Sequence record: NC_048792.1
Strand: one strand, 5' to 3'
DNA length: 64,000 nucleotides
A model generated the notes under the pieces. The model was not told the DNA's origin. It saw nothing but the letters and a program-made list of their open reading frames with translations, and ran no database searches. A program made the translations under genes and the position numbers. Positions within the stretch are counted from its first letter, which is position 1, and the number at the start of each line of letters is the position of its first letter. Of the stretch, positions 1 through 9,626 are shown one piece after another.

Positions 1-34
1 CACCTTACGCATCGGCGCTAAGCAGGGGACATGT

Positions 35-340
35 ATGCTGTCCCCTGAGTTTGTTGCTTCGATTGGGTACGAGTACAACTCCGTTGACTTCTTCGTTGAT
101 CCAGAGACTAAAGAGTTCCGGTTCAAACTGGGAATGGATCTGTCAACGAAAATAAAAAATGGGTGCAATTTCTACATCCCCATTAAAGCCAAACGTGACA
201 TAAACGACAAACACACCCGCTACCCGGAGAGTCATTACGGGTATCGTGGATGGTGTCGATCGTTCTATTACGAATTGACTTTGAAAGATGACGGGTATTG
301 GTACGGTGAATATATCGGTCGTCATAACCCGAATAAATAG
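35..340 (+). CDS. hypothetical protein (may start upstream of window)
   Basis: Frame is open back to the window start; + strand like its neighbours. Confidence 0.55.
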   Translation: MLSPEFVASIGYEYNSVDFFVDPETKEFRFKLGMDLSTKIKNGCNFYIPIKAKRDINDKHTRYPESHYGYRGWCRSFYYELTLKDDGYWYGEYIGRHNPNK

Positions 341-418
341 ATGCTGTAAAAAGAACTTGCTCGTATTGCACTGAGCAAACTCCCTAAGAAACCTGAATAA
401 CGTATAAGGAATACCATA

Positions 419-997
419 ATGTTTGATAAAACCAAGTTCCACCCTAAACCGATTCATCGCGGTACTAACAACTTTTACCAGCACTGGCGTTATGGTATTC
501 CTTACCATACTCGCACCGGGGTAAAGATCAATAACGGTGATGTTATCGACGGGGTCGAGTTCCGTGTCACGATAAACGATGATGGAAGTTATTCTTCAGC
601 AGGGCCGATAATCAGCGGTATGGTTCACGGTGAATGCTGTCCGGTTGTAGAGGATGCATTTGTTGTAACTACCTACAACTATAGTCACAATACCGACCTT
701 AGTCTGGAAAGGACAGTTGACCTACTTCAATACAGTGAACGTACTATCATCGTCGGGTACAGCTCCGAGATCGCTAAGTTGAAATCGATGATTTCTCCAG
801 AACGACTTAGACTGGCGACGTTCCACGTCATTCATGACATGTGTACCGTAGACGACTTCAGAAGGGCTGTGAAGCGCGCCTGTAATAATCCAGGAAAACA
901 CCCGATGGTCTTCCTGGGATGTTTACAAGAGGCGGTTGGTGCTGCTATGGCTGGTATTTCCAACATCGAGAATGAACACTACATCTTCATCTGGTGA
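419..997 (+). CDS. hypothetical protein
   Basis: AAGGA RBS; stop overlaps next start (GTGA). Confidence 0.75.
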   Translation: MFDKTKFHPKPIHRGTNNFYQHWRYGIPYHTRTGVKINNGDVIDGVEFRVTINDDGSYSSAGPIISGMVHGECCPVVEDAFVVTTYNYSHNTDLSLERTVDLLQYSERTIIVGYSSEIAKLKSMISPERLRLATFHVIHDMCTVDDFRRAVKRACNNPGKHPMVFLGCLQEAVGAAMAGISNIENEHYIFIW

Positions 998-1332
998 ATA
1001 TAATGGGAAAAGAAATCTCTTTAGCTCTTAAGGTATTAACCAAGTCAGCAATGTACAAAATTGCTGGCGATCAGGCCTGGCACTTCGTATCGATGACTGA
1101 GTCCGGCGACATCTCATTCAATGGAAAACTGTTCGCAGAGAAGTTTCAGATACCTGCCATTGGGTATAAGTTTGACCTTCGCTACAACAACCGTGTTTTC
1201 ACTTCAAAGGCCGACGAGCTTAGCACTCTGACCGAATTGATTCTGCGGGAAGTTGAGAAAGGTAAGACGGTTTCCTTTGCAGATTATCAGCCGATTGTTT
1301 GGCCGCATTCCTGGAAAGTCCAAAATAGTTAA
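994..1332 (+). CDS. hypothetical protein
   Basis: Coupled GTG start; followed by terminator. Confidence 0.7.
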   Translation: MNIMGKEISLALKVLTKSAMYKIAGDQAWHFVSMTESGDISFNGKLFAEKFQIPAIGYKFDLRYNNRVFTSKADELSTLTELILREVEKGKTVSFADYQPIVWPHSWKVQNS

Positions 1333-1339
1333 ATCATAC

Positions 1340-1372
1340 GCCAGGGGTTAATTCCCCTGGCTTTATTTTTTT
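1340..1372 (+). terminator. intrinsic terminator
   Basis: GCCAGGGG-ttaatt-CCCCTGGC stem plus T-rich tail. Confidence 0.8.
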
Positions 1373-1423
1373 GTACGTACTGACCACTATTTATAGTTAA
1401 CGTAATTAACCGAGGTAAGTTAA

Positions 1424-1816
1424 ATGAGCCTTGTATTGAAATTAGCTACTCTGCCTAAACCTGACCTGAATAACATCACTCGTCAATGGATTAACATCTC
1501 GAAAGAGTTCGATGCCGGGATGATTAGCGATGAGTTGTTCTATCATCACTTCGAAGAGGTAGCTACGGCTAAGACGCCAGATTTCCTTCTGTTCATCCAG
1601 GACTGTTACTCCAAGTTCCACAACGAGTCCTACGTGGCTATACCAGACGGCAATGGTTTCGCAGTTCACCCAGATTTGCTAAATGTATTGGCTAGTCTGG
1701 AAGCTAATGACATTACTGCTATCGCCGACCGTGAATTCATGAACGCCATTAAGAAGCTGGCTCATGAAGTAGACCACAGTAAGACCTGGGTATTCTTCTA
1801 CGTCGAGAAGAAATAG
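1424..1816 (+). CDS. hypothetical protein
   Basis: GAGG RBS, 130 aa. Confidence 0.75.
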   Translation: MSLVLKLATLPKPDLNNITRQWINISKEFDAGMISDELFYHHFEEVATAKTPDFLLFIQDCYSKFHNESYVAIPDGNGFAVHPDLLNVLASLEANDITAIADREFMNAIKKLAHEVDHSKTWVFFYVEKK

Positions 1817-1817
1817 A

Positions 1818-2084
1818 ATGCGTACTCTCTCTTATTATTCCGCCATGGATCAGTCTCCTGCCAAGTTTAAACGAGCTAGTCATACACTCTCTTTCCTTTC
1901 TTTTAAGACAACTGTTCCGTTCAGAATCATTAATCGGCTTACGCTGAAGAACGCGATTAAGTTGGCTAAGAAAGAGGGTTATAGTCCGGATAAGGATTGG
2001 CGAGAGTATCCGTGTAAATGGCACCTGCGTCCAGATTACGAACTGGGGCAGTGTGCATGTGAACCACCGTGTAAACCAGTATAA
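1818..2084 (+). CDS. hypothetical protein
   Basis: Tightly packed between neighbouring genes. Confidence 0.6.
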   Translation: MRTLSYYSAMDQSPAKFKRASHTLSFLSFKTTVPFRIINRLTLKNAIKLAKKEGYSPDKDWREYPCKWHLRPDYELGQCACEPPCKPV

Positions 2085-2093
2085 GGTAAACAA

Positions 2094-2948
2094 ATGCAGC
2101 AGTATTCTGATTTAGGTAATCGTATCATCAACGAAGGTGTTTGGATTGAGAACCCACGCACTGGGGTTAAGTGTAAAACTGTACTGAACCACACGTTCGT
2201 TTATGACGTCGGTAACTGTGAAGTTCCGGTGGTCACTACGCGTAAGGTTCCTTACCGTGGCGCTTTCGGTGAGTTCATCGGTTATCTTCAGGGTAAAGAC
2301 AGCGCGGCTGATCTGCGTGAACTGGGTAGCAAAACCTGGGACGGTAATGCTAACGAAAACAAATCGTGGTTAGCTAACCCTAACCGTAAAGGGGAAGATG
2401 ACCTCGGCCGTATCTACGGTGTCCAGGCTCGTGACTGGGTTAACCAATTCGGCGAACATTTCGATCAGTTGAAGAAAGTCATTAATAACCTGAAACAAGG
2501 TATTGATGACCGCGGTGAAGTCGTGACGTTCTGGAATCCGGGTGAGTTTGACTACGGCTGCCTGCGTCCGTGTATGCATACGCATACTTTCTCTATCTTC
2601 GACGGTAAACTGCACATGACTTCAGTCAGTCGCTCAGTGGATGTTCCGCTGGGCTTACCGGCTAACATGATGCAGTGTTACTTCTTCCTGGATCTGGTTG
2701 CCCGTCTGACCGGCCTGGTTCCTGGTAAGGTAACTCACCACATGATCAACGTCCATGTCTACGATAACCAGTACGATCTGTTCGTTGAAGAAATGAAACG
2801 TCCGGTCATGGAATCCAACGCTACTCTGTGGCTAGATCCTCAGTTGCTTCTGGCGGGGATTGATGGTATCGATACGCTGACCAAAGAGTCCGTCGTATTA
2901 GAAGACTACTCAGCCCATCCACCGATCAAATATCCTTTCACCGTTTAA
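2094..2948 (+). CDS. thyA: thymidylate synthase ThyA
   Basis: Catalytic LRPCMH, GRIYGVQAR, SRSVDVPLGLPAN and HVYDNQ motifs; uninterrupted (no td-like intron). Confidence 0.97.
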   Translation: MQQYSDLGNRIINEGVWIENPRTGVKCKTVLNHTFVYDVGNCEVPVVTTRKVPYRGAFGEFIGYLQGKDSAADLRELGSKTWDGNANENKSWLANPNRKGEDDLGRIYGVQARDWVNQFGEHFDQLKKVINNLKQGIDDRGEVVTFWNPGEFDYGCLRPCMHTHTFSIFDGKLHMTSVSRSVDVPLGLPANMMQCYFFLDLVARLTGLVPGKVTHHMINVHVYDNQYDLFVEEMKRPVMESNATLWLDPQLLLAGIDGIDTLTKESVVLEDYSAHPPIKYPFTV

Positions 2949-3002
2949 CTGTCATATTCCGTAGGGGCTAAATACCCCTACGGTAATTAGGAGGATTTTC
3001 TA

Positions 3003-3401
3003 ATGTACAGCGAATTGTCTCGTCGTAATGAAGATGTTATCGAATCGAAAATGTCAGAGCCTCGTCAAAAGCGAATGGAAGTAGTCGGTTACAAAATGGA
3101 AGTTACCTCCATGTATTCCGGTAACCAGGTTTTCCCAGGTGATCGGTTGTTTGAACTGAAGGCTACGCACGGCGTTCCTTTAGAGATTTCGGTCGCGGCT
3201 ATCCTTAATAAAGGAAAGGTTATCGACTGGGGTCAATTCATTGAGCAAGCTCGTCGTAATAAGTTCTGGGATTTCCAAATCCTGGACATGATTACTAACG
3301 CGGTCCAAGATGCTGGGACAGACCCAGACTATATCGCAGGTGTTGTAGAAAGAACCAAATTCTACATGCTGAAAAATCCACTTCTGAATAAAAGTAAGTA
3401 G
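3003..3401 (+). CDS. stand-alone alanyl-tRNA synthetase-like helical fragment
   Basis: GDRLFELKATHGVPLEI...VIDWGQF resembles AlaRS GETAFRLYDTYGFPVDL...VDEAGF. Confidence 0.55.
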   Translation: MYSELSRRNEDVIESKMSEPRQKRMEVVGYKMEVTSMYSGNQVFPGDRLFELKATHGVPLEISVAAILNKGKVIDWGQFIEQARRNKFWDFQILDMITNAVQDAGTDPDYIAGVVERTKFYMLKNPLLNKSK

Positions 3402-3407
3402 GTGATC

Positions 3408-4139
3408 ATGGGTGCAGTATTCGACATTAGTTTCAATCAAGATACCGTTGTTCAAGGTATTAAAATTAATAAGGGTTACGACCAAGTTCGCCATGACTTA
3501 GGTTGCGGTTTGATTACCCTAGATGCCACTGGTAAAATAACCGGCGGTTACGGTGAGGGAGTCACTGAGGAAACCCTGGCTAAAATGACCGGTGTCCTCG
3601 ATTGTACCGATCGTCAGTATTTCTTCTACAAGGGTCAATTGTTGTTCCCGCAAGCAATTGTCTCTTCTGAGTTCTCTAACCTATTCACTACGTTTTACAG
3701 AGACTTCGGGCCGTGTGAACACGATGGTAAAATCATCACTATGTCTGAAGACGGTACTGAGTATTTCCTCAGCGCATTGAACCACTACCGTAAAGCCTTG
3801 AGTACCGACTATAAAGTGAAAGGTACATTCGACCTTTACTTCCAAAAAGATAACCCGTACTTCAACACCGGGTTCTTTGGTCGTGCCCCTATCGAAGAGT
3901 ATTTAGAAGATCTCGATAAGTTAAGGGAGTACTACCAGACCGGCACCGAGTGTTGGCGTATCGGTACAGTCGTTAAAGAACACACCGTTGAAGAGATGTT
4001 TGAGTTGCTTCGCCAGAAGTGGGGCGACGCTGATGTCAACACGACTAAAGTCAAAGCGATTGGCGGCGGGTTCTGGGAACTCATGCGTTCGGAAGGTATT
4101 CCGGAATTCTCGTTTGATGGCGAAATTAAAATCTATTGA
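3408..4139 (+). CDS. hypothetical protein
   Basis: Long ORF in operon; start could be GTG at 3402. Confidence 0.75.
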   Translation: MGAVFDISFNQDTVVQGIKINKGYDQVRHDLGCGLITLDATGKITGGYGEGVTEETLAKMTGVLDCTDRQYFFYKGQLLFPQAIVSSEFSNLFTTFYRDFGPCEHDGKIITMSEDGTEYFLSALNHYRKALSTDYKVKGTFDLYFQKDNPYFNTGFFGRAPIEEYLEDLDKLREYYQTGTECWRIGTVVKEHTVEEMFELLRQKWGDADVNTTKVKAIGGGFWELMRSEGIPEFSFDGEIKIY

Positions 4140-4146
4140 GGTAATC

Positions 4147-4323
4147 ATGAAACCAGGTAACTTAGGTAAAACTCCTGTAACTGGGACTCACGGGTATGTT
4201 GTAGATTCATCTTTCTATCCATCTAACCAACCTTGCGTTCGCCGTAAAGTTACCATGAAGCGTAGTCGCGTGGCGACGGCAGTTGGCATGGAAGTTTGGG
4301 TATTCGGGAGAGGGATACAGTGA
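4147..4323 (+). CDS. small basic hypothetical protein
   Basis: GAGG RBS before ATG 4147; stop overlaps next GTG. Confidence 0.55.
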   Translation: MKPGNLGKTPVTGTHGYVVDSSFYPSNQPCVRRKVTMKRSRVATAVGMEVWVFGRGIQ

Positions 4324-4949
4324 ATAAAACTCACGACGAAGCTACCTGCTTCAAGAAGATCAAGGACGGTGTTTATATCGTCCACTGTAAGGACGGGTTA
4401 GTCGATGCCATGAAAGACTTCTCTGGTGAAGCGGGTTATCGTGCTTTGTCCATGGAGAAATACGACGTACCTGATACGTACCCGTCGTTAGTTACTCTTT
4501 CCGTTGTCTACTACGGTAACCACGCTTATAAGGTTCAATTTTTGTCCTTGAGCGAAATCAATAGCGCCGTGGCTGAAATGGAACCTAAGGAGCAAAAGAC
4601 TTACACGTTAACTATCGGCGTGGAAGTAAAGGGAGGGTCTACCCGGATCTCTAAATCTTTTACTCTATCAGACAAGGTAGTACTGAGCGCCTCGGCTATT
4701 TATCTTAAGGTACTCGATGATATCTCAAATGATCGCACTATTACGGATGGTGAGTTAGGACTTATTAGTCAACCCATTCGTACCATGGCGATTAACATTG
4801 CAAGGAACGGGATATCCAGTAGTCCCGAATCGGCATCTACTGAAACGGTAAATCTGATTTATTTCATAACCGCTGATCGTAAACTAACCGACGAGCAGGC
4901 GAGTGCTTTAAAAGAACTAAACAACCTCTTCGATATAACCGGCAACTAA
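4320..4949 (+). CDS. hypothetical protein
   Basis: GTGA-coupled start with GAGG upstream. Confidence 0.7.
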   Translation: MNKTHDEATCFKKIKDGVYIVHCKDGLVDAMKDFSGEAGYRALSMEKYDVPDTYPSLVTLSVVYYGNHAYKVQFLSLSEINSAVAEMEPKEQKTYTLTIGVEVKGGSTRISKSFTLSDKVVLSASAIYLKVLDDISNDRTITDGELGLISQPIRTMAINIARNGISSSPESASTETVNLIYFITADRKLTDEQASALKELNNLFDITGN

Positions 4950-4963
4950 AAAGGAACGTAACA

Positions 4964-5830
4964 GTGAAATACAGAATCGATACCAATATCCACAACCCAG
5001 CCCAACCAATTTCCATCATCGTGGATCATGGCGATAAGGACTGGCGCAAGAAGGCTTTCATTACCCTGGTGGAAAAATACGAACAACAGGACGTAGACGT
5101 CAGGGATGCAATTAACCCGATTCTCACAATGTGCGAAGACGGAAATATATGTACTGGCCACATTGCTTTTGCACCAAGTGGATGGAACATGGCGTACACG
5201 ATCACTCGTCTCTTGGGTGAAGAAGGTTGGAACAATCTGCTCTACGCCATCTCAGATGAACCTGAACCAACTGATGAACTAACCGAACTTATGAGCAGCC
5301 CTCGTCGCTACGTTAGACACGATCCTAAAGTAGTAACTATCGAAATTACTGGTCAAGCACGGGCCGGTAAAACATCAGTCGCTGCTATCTTGTATCGCTT
5401 ACTGGAAAGCGCCGGGGTTTCAACTACCCTGCAGTCCGATGACCTGTCAGTTGTCAGTGAAACACCAGACATCATGGCAGCTGTAGCTCGTCTGAAGGCG
5501 ACTGGGTCTAAGGTAGTGATCAAAGACTTACCGAGTACTGGCGATGCTCTTAAGATGGTCTATACTGTTCCTGAGCTGATTCAAATGCTTCGTGAACTTG
5601 AAGGTGGCTCCAGTCTACTGATCCGTGTAGCTGAGAACGGCACCCTCTATCGTGAAGAGTACGAATATACCCCGGTGGAAACGTTCAATGCGCTTCTCGA
5701 CCTGTCGCTGATCGGTTACGTCGGTAACCCGCACCATGGTTCCGTTGAACTCACTTCACTGGGCCAAGTTGTATTCGATCAGTACACCGCGTTTATCGCT
5801 GATGAAGTAGGCGAACCTGTTAACGAGTGA
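4964..5830 (+). CDS. hypothetical protein with internal P-loop-like segment
   Basis: TIEITGQARAGKTSVA resembles a Walker A motif. Confidence 0.6.
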   Translation: MKYRIDTNIHNPAQPISIIVDHGDKDWRKKAFITLVEKYEQQDVDVRDAINPILTMCEDGNICTGHIAFAPSGWNMAYTITRLLGEEGWNNLLYAISDEPEPTDELTELMSSPRRYVRHDPKVVTIEITGQARAGKTSVAAILYRLLESAGVSTTLQSDDLSVVSETPDIMAAVARLKATGSKVVIKDLPSTGDALKMVYTVPELIQMLRELEGGSSLLIRVAENGTLYREEYEYTPVETFNALLDLSLIGYVGNPHHGSVELTSLGQVVFDQYTAFIADEVGEPVNE

Positions 5831-5840
5831 GTGAGGTACC

Positions 5841-6431
5841 ATGATACTTTCAATAGATCCGAGATTGAGTTCGGACGGGATGATGGGACAACTCCTCAGT
5901 TTTTCAGCCGGACTCACCATTACTATCGACGACGTTGACTTAAGCGATCCTGTACCTATCCCGGTAGAAGCCAATGGGGCCAATACCTCCATAGATATCA
6001 TTCGGTTACCTGGTTCGAAGAACATCAAACCAGGCGGTCCTCAGAGGGTAACGCGTAAGTACAGAAGGGTAGACATAAACCATTTCTGTAAGGATCTGCA
6101 CGCAGCCACTTCAAACACCTTCGGTAGCATTTACCCTAGTGTCGCCAACTTCAATAAGTATTTTGAAACGTTGTTGGATCCAAACGATTTGAAGTTTAAA
6201 GTTGAGTACAACGACGACAGAACTGAGCGTTTAGTTACCGCTACTGTAAGAAGCGGTCATTATGGATTCTTCGGCGAAGTTACATTCACCCATAGCGCGG
6301 ATAATCCCGGTAAGATTAAACTGTCCGATGCGTTCGGAAAAGATGAAGAATTACCGGGGTTCACTGGAGCGGTGTACAAGAAGGCTTTGAACCAAACGTT
6401 CTTCCCTGGTATGACTGATACAGGTAAGTGA
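5841..6431 (+). CDS. putative virion structural protein (jumbo-phage YxR[LI]D family)
   Basis: ANTSIDI...KYRRVDI...GHYGFFG...LSDAF..LPGF pattern recalled from phiKZ-like virion proteins. Confidence 0.55.
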   Translation: MILSIDPRLSSDGMMGQLLSFSAGLTITIDDVDLSDPVPIPVEANGANTSIDIIRLPGSKNIKPGGPQRVTRKYRRVDINHFCKDLHAATSNTFGSIYPSVANFNKYFETLLDPNDLKFKVEYNDDRTERLVTATVRSGHYGFFGEVTFTHSADNPGKIKLSDAFGKDEELPGFTGAVYKKALNQTFFPGMTDTGK

Positions 6432-6434
6432 CAT

Positions 6435-6465
6435 AGAGTGTACTCCCACCGAGGGAGTACACTCT
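6435..6465. terminator. hairpin between convergent genes (likely bidirectional terminator)
   Basis: AGAGTGTACTCCC-accga-GGGAGTACACTCT, 13-bp perfect stem. Confidence 0.75.
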
Positions 6466-6490
6466 TTATGTTCTTCTATACTTTTTATTT

Positions 6491-6985
6491 TTAGTGTCCC
6501 GGATGAGCCGTAGGATCTGGGTCATTGAAACCGCGGAGATAATCTCCGTAGAAAGTTTCTTCCAATGTATCGATCTCATTACTGATATTCATCACAGCTG
6601 TGCCATTCAGACAGTAGTGACCCTCTTTAACGCGGAACTCTGCTTGGATCAGACGTTCAGTGTCACGACGAGTCATCGTAATATCGTTGGCTGTAATTCT
6701 GACATTACAGATAGACAAGAACTTACGAATCAAGTTGATATCATCGATATACTTGGAGTTACTGTCAGTGAAGTTCAATACACCTGTCGCGGCATGAATT
6801 GCCTTAGTCAAATTGATCCTGTTATAAGTGAGTTTCACCGGTTCGCTAGTAGGATCGAATACTTCAGTAGGGTCACCAAACGTAACGTCAGATTCGCTTA
6901 CCTTAGCACGAGGTATTTTTAAACTCTCGTTAAGTAAATCGTAAAACTGACTTTTTGCATCTTTGTTTGGGTTGTATTTCAACAT
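6491..6985 (-). CDS. putative virion structural protein, paralogue of 5841..6431
   Basis: YNRINL...GHYCLNG...LEETF..LRGF aligns with the convergent neighbour. Confidence 0.55.
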   Translation of the reverse strand: MLKYNPNKDAKSQFYDLLNESLKIPRAKVSESDVTFGDPTEVFDPTSEPVKLTYNRINLTKAIHAATGVLNFTDSNSKYIDDINLIRKFLSICNVRITANDITMTRRDTERLIQAEFRVKEGHYCLNGTAVMNISNEIDTLEETFYGDYLRGFNDPDPTAHPGH

Positions 6986-7138
6986 GGCTAACCCTTCGGT
7001 TTAAGATAAGTCATCATAGAACAGGTCGGAGTCGGATTATTTTTTACGGGTCTAATGGTAGTATGAAGCTAACCATCAAACCGTTAGTCGTGGGGAAAAT
7101 AGTTGGAGTGGTTAACCCCACTCCAACCTATTTAACGT

Positions 7139-7155
7139 CTATATTACCTTTTTGA
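7139..7155 (+). promoter_or_regulatory. phiKZ-type early promoter (class I)
   Basis: CTATATTAC-cttt-TTGA; TATATTAC is the published phiKZ early consensus. Confidence 0.7.
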
Positions 7156-7192
7156 ATAGCAGTTCAAATTAACCTAAATAAGGAACACTAAA

Positions 7193-7699
7193 ATGACTAC
7201 TCCAGAATCCCGTAAAGAAGCTTTGAAACATTTCATTCAATCCCCAGCTACCGCTGAAGCCATCAGTGAATTCCGTCGCGATGAAGATCGTAAGGTTAGG
7301 AAGTTTATCGAAACCGTTATGGGTGATGTGGAACGTGCGATGGGTGTAATGTTTACTGACCTGGCTTCGATCTCTGCCACAGCCTGCTTGGCTGACAAAT
7401 GGGCGGTTCACTCCAACCAAGGTGACGAATCCTATTTCAGCTACAAAGCAGAAGTGGCGGGCTACACCGTCATCGGTACTATTGAAGTTAACTCTACAGT
7501 TACCTTCAGAATCAAATACAACGAAGAAGATTACGCCCGTATTACTTCCGGCGTATGTTTCTGCGCTATGCATCGTACCGAAGTTATCAAGCAACTCGAA
7601 GCTCTCCTCACTCTGCATTATCCGGATATCGCAGTAATGGTAGATACGCCAAAGATCGACTTCACTAACGAAGCCATGAACAAAACCATCCGTCAATAA
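7193..7699 (+). CDS. hypothetical early protein
   Basis: AAGGA RBS, downstream of early promoter. Confidence 0.8.
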   Translation: MTTPESRKEALKHFIQSPATAEAISEFRRDEDRKVRKFIETVMGDVERAMGVMFTDLASISATACLADKWAVHSNQGDESYFSYKAEVAGYTVIGTIEVNSTVTFRIKYNEEDYARITSGVCFCAMHRTEVIKQLEALLTLHYPDIAVMVDTPKIDFTNEAMNKTIRQ

Positions 7700-7714
7700 T
7701 TCTAAGGAGAAGCC

Positions 7715-8155
7715 ATGACCCTTTTAGCGCGCTACATTAAAGCTAATGAACCGGCACCTATAGTAGATAAAGATGAGGAGTTCATCGAGAAGGTAAAACT
7801 AAACGCCTCGCTGGTAGTTATTGGGTACGTAACTGATATCTACGAGTCGGCCAAGAAACTCATCGATGAGAAGTCTAATCCGCTTTATTGGACAATGTCC
7901 GTCAATGAGGAGAAAAACGAACTCACGGCTAAGAGCCGTAATACCTTCAAGCGCGAAGGTATTACTTTCGATGTTGAGATAATTATCGTATCTCAACCCG
8001 ATAAAGAAAGTCTCACTGTCAGGTACGGATTTGATGATGAGAAAGTCAAATACATCGTTCAATACTACAGCGCTGACATAGAGTCGTTGATTGAATCGAC
8101 CTTGGCGATGTCGAACTATAATTTCGGTAACGTGGAAATCGAGTTCCCTTATTAA
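7715..8155 (+). CDS. hypothetical protein
   Basis: AGGAG RBS. Confidence 0.8.
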   Translation: MTLLARYIKANEPAPIVDKDEEFIEKVKLNASLVVIGYVTDIYESAKKLIDEKSNPLYWTMSVNEEKNELTAKSRNTFKREGITFDVEIIIVSQPDKESLTVRYGFDDEKVKYIVQYYSADIESLIESTLAMSNYNFGNVEIEFPY

Positions 8156-8172
8156 AGGTGGAGGATAATAGC

Positions 8173-8568
8173 ATGGGTTTAGATATTGATTTCTGTAAAG
8201 TACCAAAGAGCGCAGTTAATCCCAAAGTCGTGGAAGTACACGAGCGTTTCGGTGCGCTCAGTGAAAATGGCTGTAGTTACATGATAGATTACCCTCGTTT
8301 GTCCGATAACCCGGAGAAAGAAGAGGTTCATTATTACCGCAAGTGGCACGACGTTAGAAATACCATGGCGGGGTTGTTTGATGCTACCAACCAATGCGAC
8401 TACTATTTATTGACTAAGGAAGATGTCGCACTACTACTTGAGAACGTTGAGAATAGCGATGACTGGCTGCTTGAATCTGAGCGAGTTGAATTTATCGCCA
8501 TGATCAAGTCTAAGCTCATCGACTTCCCATTCGATACTCATTATCTGACATACTCCTGGATTTCTTGA
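8173..8568 (+). CDS. conserved phage protein (MGLD...Y[YW]RK type)
   Basis: GGAGG RBS; MGLDI start and EEVHYYRKWH motif. Confidence 0.7.
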   Translation: MGLDIDFCKVPKSAVNPKVVEVHERFGALSENGCSYMIDYPRLSDNPEKEEVHYYRKWHDVRNTMAGLFDATNQCDYYLLTKEDVALLLENVENSDDWLLESERVEFIAMIKSKLIDFPFDTHYLTYSWIS

Positions 8569-8597
8569 TTTAATCGTAAATAGGCAAAGGTCTTAAA

Positions 8598-8882
8598 ATG
8601 GCAAGGTCAGTTCTCTTTATCGCAATCCCGGTTATCATTGTCACCGCTGTTGGTTATTACCAAAACCTCACTGCAAACGCCAAGATCACATCGGAGATCG
8701 AATCGATGGGATACAAAGGCATTAACTTGATGCGGCGTACCATGGACTGCTCAAGAGGTTATAGCGGGGAGATCTTCACCGGGACTAGCGAAAAGAATGA
8801 ACGTGTCTATGCAGCTTTCTGCACAGCAGATAACCAACCTCCGTTCATCGAGGTGATTCGTAACTCTGGAGAAATAAAGTGA
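8598..8882 (+). CDS. membrane-anchored or exported protein with Cys pair
   Basis: Hydrophobic N-terminus VLFIAIPVIIVTAVGYY; two Cys. Confidence 0.65.
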   Translation: MARSVLFIAIPVIIVTAVGYYQNLTANAKITSEIESMGYKGINLMRRTMDCSRGYSGEIFTGTSEKNERVYAAFCTADNQPPFIEVIRNSGEIK

Positions 8883-9559
8883 AAACCGTAGAGAAGAAGA
8901 TTCGATCAGAGCTTCAAATTGCAAACTACGAGCGTTACTTCGGTGACCATTCCGTAGAACACGCACGTAAGGTCGCAGAGCTGGCTACTCAGTTGGCCGA
9001 ATTCCGCTGGACTGGACATTGTCCGGAGCGCGTAGTTTCTCAATATCGTTCGTCTGATTATTGGGAGCGTCTGCTGGACATCAACTACAAAACGTATTGT
9101 CGTCTGGTTTCCAGTGACCATTACAAATTCATCATGGACTATCTGTTCAAGATGGAGAACGCAGCCGGGAACTATCGCGAAGCTACCAAAACGGCGATCA
9201 AAGTCTTCTACGCCATCTCCGGATATTCTCAGTTCGAAGACCTGACGGATGTCGAGAAAGCATCGATTCCGTTCATTGTCAATATGGATATCTGGCGCCG
9301 GAACATCATTGCAAGCGATTTCAGTTTCTCCGCTGAGTCGGCTGAGTTCCTGGAAACGTTTGTAGATCCCATCTACGTCGGGATGGATACGTTCCAGTTC
9401 GATGAAGACAACGACGATGAGTCGTGGGGTATCGCTAAGGTAACTACCGCTAAAGAGCTACTGGGCCTGATGGTTGCGGTTAGTCGTTTCATCCTCAAAC
9501 AGGATGAGGCGGAAGCGCAGGAACTCAACGGTCACGGGTTCCCTGATCGCATTGGTTGA
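8879..9559 (+). CDS. hypothetical protein
   Basis: Coupled start, 226 aa. Confidence 0.75.
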   Translation: MKTVEKKIRSELQIANYERYFGDHSVEHARKVAELATQLAEFRWTGHCPERVVSQYRSSDYWERLLDINYKTYCRLVSSDHYKFIMDYLFKMENAAGNYREATKTAIKVFYAISGYSQFEDLTDVEKASIPFIVNMDIWRRNIIASDFSFSAESAEFLETFVDPIYVGMDTFQFDEDNDDESWGIAKVTTAKELLGLMVAVSRFILKQDEAEAQELNGHGFPDRIG

Positions 9560-9626
9560 TTAAAACGTCATAGCCCAGGGGAGTTAATCCCCTGGGAATT
9601 ATTCACTTTGTTTAGTAAGGGACAAC

